Source of the DNA: Euryarchaeota archaeon UBA19
GTDB lineage: Archaea; Thermoplasmatota; Poseidoniia; Poseidoniales; Thalassarchaeaceae
Assembly: GCA_002502175.1 (NCBI GenBank)
Contig: DAPQ01000058.1
Coordinates: 1-50,144 of the forward strand
Direction of reading: 5' to 3'
DNA: 50,144 nt
A program made the position numbers and the translations under genes. How positions within the stretch are numbered: the first letter of the stretch is position 1; each line of letters starts with the position of its first letter. This document shows positions 43,947 to 50,144 of the stretch, piece by piece. The notes under the pieces are model-generated. The model was not told the origin of the DNA and ran no database searches. It saw only the letters and a list, made by a program, of their open reading frames with translations.

Positions 43947-45053
43947 TTACACCCTTTCAAATTCACAAACAAATTTCCCAACCCTGTCAATGTCGTGATA
44001 TTTGATGAAATAATTGTCCAAATAATATTCCGTATCGATATCCTCGAATAAACTCGGATGTAGTAATTTTGCAAGAGTGGGTAGCCCATGAATCATCATA
44101 GGTCCGGCGAACTCTCCAGACATGATCACCATACTACCGGATTGCACCGCTTTGACTTCATCAAATCCCGGCCTTTCAGCTATAAAATTCATGTGAGTCT
44201 GGCAATCATTTCCTTCATCAAAAGCATTGAATCCTATGTCAAAGGTTATCCCATCGAACATAAGAACATCCGGATTGCCATCAAGGATTGCCTCCATATC
44301 GACGTGTGTGGTATGTCCCGGCAGATCGGCAAAAATATTCTTACCACCCGCCTTTTGTATCAAATCTGTCCATTGCGAAGTACCGGTAAGTACTACCGGG
44401 TCACGTGTTAGCGAAGCATGATGTTCCATTACCACCGTTGGCCTGGAGGTTTCTGAAATCCGACCAATCCTATCTTCAACTAGGGATTCAATTTCATCAA
44501 ATTCCACGAATAGATCATCTGCCTCCTTCTCCTTGGAGAATAGTTTAGCAATCACATTAATTTCATACCTCAAATTGTCGTACTTGTAGAAATCTAGAGC
44601 TAGAACCCTGATTCCAACCGGCTCTAGTTTTTCTCGGATAGCGTTGGTATCCACCATACCATTTGTTGCGAATACAATGTATACTTCTGGTCGAGCATCT
44701 AACAAAGCCTCAAAATCAATTTCTGAATGTGCTGACTGTTGTATAATTGGCGTGTCAATAAATTCGGGCCAAAGTGAACTATCGGAAAAATCCCCAGATA
44801 TTCCTACTATCACATCTGATTCTACATCAAGCATCCTTATGACTGTAGCAGCATAAGTATTCGTTATTGCCACCCTAGTAGGAGATTCCGCGAAGCTATG
44901 TTCGACTCCATTGGAATCAATGACAATAATCGCTCCCCTATCGGCGTCGTTTTCTTCTTGAACAGAATATTGGTAAACGCCAAATGAACAAAATAGTATT
45001 AACGCCGCTTGGAACACGGCTAATTTTGATATATTCATAGGCACCAAATCCAT
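43947..45053 (-). CDS. Class III (Peripla_BP_2, FhuD/BtuF/HmuT-like) substrate-binding protein
   Basis: 368 aa. Signal anchor, P.RVA....YAATVIRMLD, DFEALLDARPEVYIV and DVLMFDG. First gene of the transporter. Confidence 0.75.
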   Translation of the reverse strand: MDLVPMNISKLAVFQAALILFCSFGVYQYSVQEENDADRGAIIVIDSNGVEHSFAESPTRVAITNTYAATVIRMLDVESDVIVGISGDFSDSSLWPEFIDTPIIQQSAHSEIDFEALLDARPEVYIVFATNGMVDTNAIREKLEPVGIRVLALDFYKYDNLRYEINVIAKLFSKEKEADDLFVEFDEIESLVEDRIGRISETSRPTVVMEHHASLTRDPVVLTGTSQWTDLIQKAGGKNIFADLPGHTTHVDMEAILDGNPDVLMFDGITFDIGFNAFDEGNDCQTHMNFIAERPGFDEVKAVQSGSMVIMSGEFAGPMMIHGLPTLAKLLHPSLFEDIDTEYYLDNYFIKYHDIDRVGKFVCEFERV

Positions 45054-45070
45054 TCAAAATGACTCTAAAG

Positions 45071-47470
45071 TTATTCAATATATTTTCTGGTTCTCAAACC
45101 AAAAATCATTAACCCCACCAAACAAATCGTTGAAATCAATAAATATTCTGAGGAACCCCAGTCTTCAGATTCTTCAACTGTGATAAAAATGGAATCTGAA
45201 TATTCTGATATTTTGCCATAAACCATACTATTTACTCTGATACGATTTTGTCCAATATCCAAGTCTTCCAAAGTTATTTCATTTTCTTGACCCTTGTATA
45301 CCTCTAAGGTATTTCCAGATTCATCTTCGACAATTACTGAGTACCAATCAGAATCTTCTATTGGTGTCCAATTTATTGTAATTGAATTACCTTCTTCTAT
45401 TGTTCTTTCCGGAGAATATACAATTGGCTTTGGAGGAATAAAATTAACGCTGAGAACTAAACTTGCACCATCAATCATGTAACCATCCATTACAGCTCTT
45501 AACACATATGTGTATTCGCCATCCTCTCTATTTAGTACTTCAAAAGAGACCTCTTCTCCCTCGAAAATTATCTCTCCATTTTCTACTAATTGATAGTTGG
45601 ACGAACCTGCATAATCCCCCCACTCAATTAGATAATCATTCGTATTAATTTCAGCTTCTTGGGTAATGAACTGAGGAGTTGTTGGAGCATCATAAGACAA
45701 TAATTCGTACTCGACCTTATCTGAATGGGATCCGGATAAACGATCTACTATCTTCACCCAATTCCTAACTGTCTCATTATACCATAATTCCCATGAAATA
45801 ACCTGATCATTATTGTCTGTAATTTTGATATATTTTGTGGAGAAATTACCGGCAGGAGTTGCTATCTGCACATCATCCTCTATAGTTACAATATTGTAAG
45901 TATCAGCGTACCCGTCAGGATGACCCGGGACCCCTATCACATTTGTTCGATTGAAGTGCAGACTCAAATCCGATGAAGCTACGAGAGGATTAACGGAGTC
46001 ACCATTATTATCTGTAAAGTCCCACCCTAATGTGCCTTCTTGGAAGTAGGATGAGGAAGTAGGGTCGTCGACCCAGTAGGTGTGAACATTGAGAAGATTT
46101 TCACTATCAACCCATCTAAACGACCTTTCTTCTGGGAGCTGATAATCCCCACTAAGTCTGAGTAAGAAAGAGTCCCTTTCCACCCCAAAAGCATCTTCAA
46201 TTAATTCAGACCCAATCATGGTCATTGTGACATTTCTGATTGTTCCACTTGGTGCATAAGATACTCGATAATCCCAAGTCATGCCCACATTCCATTTATC
46301 ATCATTCGATTGAGAGGGTAGGAAAATTATTCTTAGTGAGTTAATATTTTCAGTAGATCCGTTTGAATTATTGGCGACTACATTGAAATCAATCATTCCT
46401 GCATCCTCAGGTTCGAAAGTTAGTGATTTTGAGTAGCCTCTGTAAATCAGATTCTCTTCATAAATATCCCCTGCATAAACAGAAAAATAATCAGTAAACT
46501 CAGAACCTTCCCATCTCAGTTCTAAGGGAGATAAAGGCATAGTCTGCATAGGGGTGGAAAAGCTAACATTTCCTGGTAGATTGACCTCGATTTCAAGAGA
46601 TTTATTCAACCAGCCTTCGCCAATAGTGATTATCTCTTGAATCGGTTCAGAAACTTGATTCCCAGATTGGTGAAATGTCAATGTCTGTTGACTTCCAACC
46701 TCTAAGCTCTGGAGCAGATAGAAACCATCGGAATTAGTTAGAGTGGCTTTTGCCCCATTGCTTACTGTAATCCCTTCAATTGGAGCGCCCACAACATTGG
46801 TAATGAAACCATATCGACTGTTCATTCCGTGATTGAAATCAAAATCATTCAAGTGTGGATATTTATCCCCCGAATTAGATCCTCTTTCCAATTTGAAATG
46901 CACATATTGGGTTGAGTGGTCAATGTCGCCATAGTAAGCACGCATTGAGTAATATTCACCCGTTTTGTAAGGGCCAAACTCGGTACGGCCGTCATCTAAG
47001 GAATGCGTTTCACTTGTTTGTACCAATTCAACCGACGTCATTGGCGAACTTTGTGCCATTTCTCCATTTTCATCAAATACCTCTGCCGTTATCCAGTTAT
47101 GTCCGACATACCAGTCAAGTTCGATATCGCCAGAAAAGAATATGGTGCGATATGCCACGGTGTGCCCATCATTCATGAAATAGGCTCGAACTATATGTTC
47201 TCCTGGAGTAATTCCTGAGTACTCATAGTAACCGTTTTGAGACCAACCAGAAGCCATCGAATCGACTTTAATTGAAGTAGTATTTGCCAACTGTCCGTCT
47301 GCTGTATAGATGTGACCAGAAAGTGTGTAAGTCACATCTTCATGGTTATCTGCAGATGCGATATTCAGAGGTACAGTTATTGATAGCATGAATATCGAAA
47401 ATAAAAATATTCCCGAACTCATATCGGAGAGGGCAATTCGGTAGTTCTCCATACTGTCGGACATTTTCAT
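45071..47470 (-). CDS. Large exported surface protein: CarboxypepD_reg-like and FN3-like beta-sandwich domains, C-terminal TM anchor
   Basis: 799 aa. Signal peptide ...LNIASA. GFITNVVGAPIEGITVSNGAKATLTNSDGFYLLQSLEVG is a CarboxypepD_reg-like motif. Two C-terminal FN3-like modules (YLIEWGDY..., ITINWTPIEDSDWYSVIV). TM segment LLISTICLVGLMIFGL. Confidence 0.55.
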   Translation of the reverse strand: MKMSDSMENYRIALSDMSSGIFLFSIFMLSITVPLNIASADNHEDVTYTLSGHIYTADGQLANTTSIKVDSMASGWSQNGYYEYSGITPGEHIVRAYFMNDGHTVAYRTIFFSGDIELDWYVGHNWITAEVFDENGEMAQSSPMTSVELVQTSETHSLDDGRTEFGPYKTGEYYSMRAYYGDIDHSTQYVHFKLERGSNSGDKYPHLNDFDFNHGMNSRYGFITNVVGAPIEGITVSNGAKATLTNSDGFYLLQSLEVGSQQTLTFHQSGNQVSEPIQEIITIGEGWLNKSLEIEVNLPGNVSFSTPMQTMPLSPLELRWEGSEFTDYFSVYAGDIYEENLIYRGYSKSLTFEPEDAGMIDFNVVANNSNGSTENINSLRIIFLPSQSNDDKWNVGMTWDYRVSYAPSGTIRNVTMTMIGSELIEDAFGVERDSFLLRLSGDYQLPEERSFRWVDSENLLNVHTYWVDDPTSSSYFQEGTLGWDFTDNNGDSVNPLVASSDLSLHFNRTNVIGVPGHPDGYADTYNIVTIEDDVQIATPAGNFSTKYIKITDNNDQVISWELWYNETVRNWVKIVDRLSGSHSDKVEYELLSYDAPTTPQFITQEAEINTNDYLIEWGDYAGSSNYQLVENGEIIFEGEEVSFEVLNREDGEYTYVLRAVMDGYMIDGASLVLSVNFIPPKPIVYSPERTIEEGNSITINWTPIEDSDWYSVIVEDESGNTLEVYKGQENEITLEDLDIGQNRIRVNSMVYGKISEYSDSIFITVEESEDWGSSEYLLISTICLVGLMIFGLRTRKYIE

Positions 47471-47500
47471 TTCCTGCGGACAGAGAGCGGTATTTCAAAA

Positions 47501-47516
47501 TTTAGGGAGCCCTAAA
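47501..47516 (+). promoter_or_regulatory. Perfect palindrome TTTAGGG-AG-CCCTAAA immediately upstream of the M28-ZIP gene, in the 49-bp divergent intergenic region
   Basis: Seen directly. It ends 4 nt before the ATG at 47520 and follows an AT-rich TATA-like TATTTCAAAA (47491-47500). It contains GGGAG (SD-like). Confidence 0.35.
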
Positions 47517-47519
47517 CTT

Positions 47520-49823
47520 ATGAAGAATAGCCTCACAACATACAACATGGACTTGTCATCAGACCGAGTACTTACTCTGGTTGGTGTTGTTTCCGCCATT
47601 GTTTTGTTATCTAGTTTGACGTATGAGTTTCTTCTTCATGATGAGGAAGAGGTGGCCTTTGTAATAGATGATTCAAGATTGATGGAGGATATCAATAGTA
47701 TAGCATCATTTGGACCGAGGGTTGCTGGTTCAATGGAAGAGTCGCTTGCTTCGGACTACATCAGTCAGCGTTTCACGGAAATAGGCTTAGAGAATGTCAA
47801 AGTTGAGGAATTTCAAGTGACAGGAGCATGGTTTGTTGACGCGGAACCAGAAGATCATCAAATTTTGATGCATGCACAATTGGAGCAAGGCGTTCAAAAT
47901 GCCCCAGGATTGCCAGATGGTACGGCTGGCGCGGCGCGGGTCGCAATTGACGAAACAGGGGACTTGAATCACGTTGAGAGTTTCACTTACATGGGATATT
48001 CGGGTTCAATTCACAAGCACGATAACATGCTCACCTTCATCGGTAACGGATCTGGTGAGGATTTTGAAAACATTGGCGATATGACCGACCTTGCTGTAAT
48101 GATTAACTATGACAATAGCCGTAGTCTCGCTGATATCTACAAAGATGCCATTGATAGAAACGCAGGCGTTGTAATGATCTACACCGAGGGAGTCGAAACA
48201 CCGCCCTTCCGCTCCGTAACGGTCCAAGAAAACGGTGCAACTGTTCCGTTTCCTGATGCCTATGAGGGTCAATACGCTGATGCATTGATTCCTTACATCT
48301 ACATCGCTGAAAGTGTTGCTTTGAAGTTCCATGATTACATCGAACAGGCTGCAAGCGATCCCACATTGTATGCCTCTCTGGACGGATTTTGGGAAGGAAA
48401 CAACGTGGGGACTAGAAGCGTAAAAGTCGTGACGGGGGAAATTCCTGGCCACGGGGAAGGGGAGATATTGGTTGGCGCGCATCATGATTCCGTATACATC
48501 AGTCCTGGCGCCGTGGACAACGCCGTCGGTGTCGCCCAACTTCTCGAGGTCGCCACTCAATTGAGTGAACTAAATCTTGAGTCAACCGTCACCTTCGCCA
48601 CATGGGGCGGTGAAGAGCTAGGATTGTTGGGGAGTCAAGCCTATATCCAATCGTATAAGGAAGAAGTTGATGACCTCGACTTGTACATTAACCTTGACTC
48701 AACTAACCTCAATCCCTCAATAGGACTAGGAACGCTTGGCATTGAAACCTCAGAGCAACATCTTATCGAGTCAATTTCCAAGATTCAACGTACGGTGTTG
48801 GGACATGAAGCGTGGGAGGATTATGACACCAACCTTCAACTGAACAATCTCGATGGAAACAGCGACCACCGTTCGTTCAATCAATACGGGACGCCTACAA
48901 TCGGGTTTTATGGGTGGGAATACGAACAATACCACCGTACAACCGATGTTCCAGATGTGGTTCATCAGGAAGGATTAGCGTTGACAGTGGAAATCGTTCT
49001 CCAAATCCTTGTTGCTCAGGGAGGTCATGAGAGCATTGAGGAACCACTCGTCCAAATTTCAGGATTGGAAGGCGAATCTGAATCTTGGGTCTTTCCATTT
49101 GTTCTCGCATTGCTCGCAGGCCTTGCTACTGGAATTGGTGGTCTGATCGTGTTTCTTGTAAAAGAAATCAGTCAGGAAATGATGGCATTTTTACTTGCTA
49201 TGGCTGCTGGCGTGATGCTCTTGGTTTCGGTGCTTGATTTGTGGTTCGGCCAAGCTATGGAGAATGGTTTCCTCCCCATCACGCTCTCGTTTGGTGTGGG
49301 CTTAGGCATCGTTTATGCCGTGAGCATGTACACCAACAAGGGCGAGGATCTTTCCGCCATGTCTAAGGAGCGGAAATTGTACAAATCTGGCATTCTTACA
49401 GCTATCGCCCTTGCAATTCACAATTTCCCCGAAGGTTTGGCCATGGGAGTGGCTGTTCTCGAATCAGCTCAGTATGGTATCGTGCTCATGGCGGCAATCG
49501 CGCTTCACAACATCCCAGAAGGCATTGCGGTGGCTGCACCAATACAAGCAGGCGGAGGTGGTCGTCTGAAAGCGACGCTTATCGCAATGGCTACTGGCTT
49601 TACAGAACCACTTGGGGCCTTATTCGCCTTGTTAATTCTTGGACCGATTTTAACACCATTCATGGTGGGCTGCTCACTTGCGTTTGTCGGAGGAATCATG
49701 ACAGTGGTGGCATACAACGAGTTGATTCCTCAAGCGATGGAACAAAACCGCCCGAAACATCTGCTCGTTGGTGCAATCTTTGGAGCTGCTGTAATGCAGC
49801 TAAGCCTACTTCTTCTTGGATGA
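47520..49823 (+). CDS. Fusion protein: N-terminal signal anchor + M28-family zinc aminopeptidase domain + C-terminal ZIP (ZupT-like) metal transporter
   Basis: 767 aa. M28 motifs: VGAHHDSVYISPGAVDNAVG, WGGEELGLLGS, YINLDS, SDHRSF. ZIP motifs: AIHNFPEGLAMGVAV and ALHNIPEGIAVAAP, within about 8 TM segments. Confidence 0.8.
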   Translation: MKNSLTTYNMDLSSDRVLTLVGVVSAIVLLSSLTYEFLLHDEEEVAFVIDDSRLMEDINSIASFGPRVAGSMEESLASDYISQRFTEIGLENVKVEEFQVTGAWFVDAEPEDHQILMHAQLEQGVQNAPGLPDGTAGAARVAIDETGDLNHVESFTYMGYSGSIHKHDNMLTFIGNGSGEDFENIGDMTDLAVMINYDNSRSLADIYKDAIDRNAGVVMIYTEGVETPPFRSVTVQENGATVPFPDAYEGQYADALIPYIYIAESVALKFHDYIEQAASDPTLYASLDGFWEGNNVGTRSVKVVTGEIPGHGEGEILVGAHHDSVYISPGAVDNAVGVAQLLEVATQLSELNLESTVTFATWGGEELGLLGSQAYIQSYKEEVDDLDLYINLDSTNLNPSIGLGTLGIETSEQHLIESISKIQRTVLGHEAWEDYDTNLQLNNLDGNSDHRSFNQYGTPTIGFYGWEYEQYHRTTDVPDVVHQEGLALTVEIVLQILVAQGGHESIEEPLVQISGLEGESESWVFPFVLALLAGLATGIGGLIVFLVKEISQEMMAFLLAMAAGVMLLVSVLDLWFGQAMENGFLPITLSFGVGLGIVYAVSMYTNKGEDLSAMSKERKLYKSGILTAIALAIHNFPEGLAMGVAVLESAQYGIVLMAAIALHNIPEGIAVAAPIQAGGGGRLKATLIAMATGFTEPLGALFALLILGPILTPFMVGCSLAFVGGIMTVVAYNELIPQAMEQNRPKHLLVGAIFGAAVMQLSLLLLG

Positions 49824-49827
49824 TAAA

Positions 49828-50144
49828 ATGGTGAATCCGACGCAAAAATTGACCAATACCAGACCTAAATTTTGCATTTTTATTCTCTTCATGATACTAA
49901 TTTGGAGCGTTTCTCCCCTTAAGTCCATTCAGATCGAATCCGAAGGCTTCGATGAGGATTCAAAATTCTTGGCGTATGAAAAAGATGACGACGACGATGA
50001 GGATGATGACGACGACGATGAGGATGATGACGATGACGAGGATGACGAAGACGAGGATGAAGACGACGACGATGACGAGGATGACGAAGACGAGGATGAA
50101 GACGACGACGATGAGGATGAAGACGACGACGACGAGGATGATGA
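49828..50144 (+). CDS. Secreted or membrane-anchored poly-Asp/Glu protein (5' part; runs off the window end)
   Basis: ATG at 49828. MVNPTQKLTNTRPKFCIFILFMILIWSVSPL (hydrophobic signal), then more than 55 consecutive residues almost all D/E. No stop codon before the window end, so it is absent from the ORF track. Confidence 0.55.
   Translation, partial: MVNPTQKLTNTRPKFCIFILFMILIWSVSPLKSIQIESEGFDEDSKFLAYEKDDDDDEDDDDDDEDDDDDEDDEDEDEDDDDDEDDEDEDEDDDDEDEDDDDEDD
49990..50130 (+). repeat. In-frame tandem repeats inside the poly-D/E coding region
   Basis: A 21-nt unit GACGACGATGAGGATGATGAC occurs twice (49990-50031). A 39-nt unit GATGACGAGGATGACGAAGACGAGGATGAAGACGACGAC occurs twice, perfectly (50032-50109). 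A shortened third copy follows. Confidence 0.85.

Noticed and set aside
40689-47519. Possible tRNA-Ala-associated genomic island carrying the ABC/HugZ/surface-protein operon
   Set aside because: - Hand counts of individual 60-nt lines give about 27-40% GC here, against about 58-62% in etfA and M28-ZIP lines.
- However, other core-looking genes (the HEAT protein and the CCA enzyme) also give about 33-40%.
- There is no integrase.
- I found no repeat of the tRNA 3' end at the far border.
- Compositional evidence is therefore too weak to call a mobile element.
48006-48560. 184-aa minus-strand ORF inside the M28-ZIP gene
   Set aside because: It is antisense to a region carrying clear M28 motifs on the plus strand. 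It is a shadow ORF.
49981-50144. Repetitive GAT/GAC/GAG/GAA tract as a CRISPR array or non-coding microsatellite
   Set aside because: The repeats are in-frame codon repeats inside an ORF that has an upstream start and a signal peptide. There is no repeat-spacer architecture.

Overview
This window looks like a compact chromosomal segment from an archaeon. It has about 55 protein genes and 4 tRNAs, with many overlapping or abutting gene junctions. The archaeal assignment rests on a classic rpl44e-rps27e-aIF2alpha-nop10-PAC2 cluster, L37e, the PolD small subunit, and archaeal-type TyrRS and PheS-alpha. Many metabolic genes are bacterial-like (ETF plus two acyl-CoA dehydrogenases, SufS-SufE, class II CCA enzyme, long-form HMG-CoA synthase) and the proteins are notably acidic. 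That fits a planktonic heterotrophic euryarchaeote such as Marine Group II/III, but this is inference only. I found no CRISPR array, transposase, integrase or rRNA.

Three accessory regions stand out:
1. 33.0-40.6 kb: a translationally coupled cluster of exported proteins. It has two paralogous His-rich LVIVD-type beta-propellers, two paralogous membrane-anchored cupredoxin-like proteins whose predicted mature N-terminus is His, two insertion-bearing SCO1/SenC copper chaperones, and an Ig-like protein. No recognisable SCO1 client enzyme is present. This is my best candidate for an undescribed, possibly copper-dependent, cell-surface system.
2. 40.8-47.5 kb: a six-gene operon joining a large surface protein, a class-III binding-protein ABC importer, a flavodoxin and a HugZ-like protein. 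It may be an archaeal haem/iron acquisition module.
3. 47.5-50.1 kb: a fusion of an M28 zinc peptidase to a ZIP transporter, preceded by a perfect palindrome and followed by a secreted poly-Asp/Glu repeat protein.

All functional calls come from motif recognition by eye. No database search was run.
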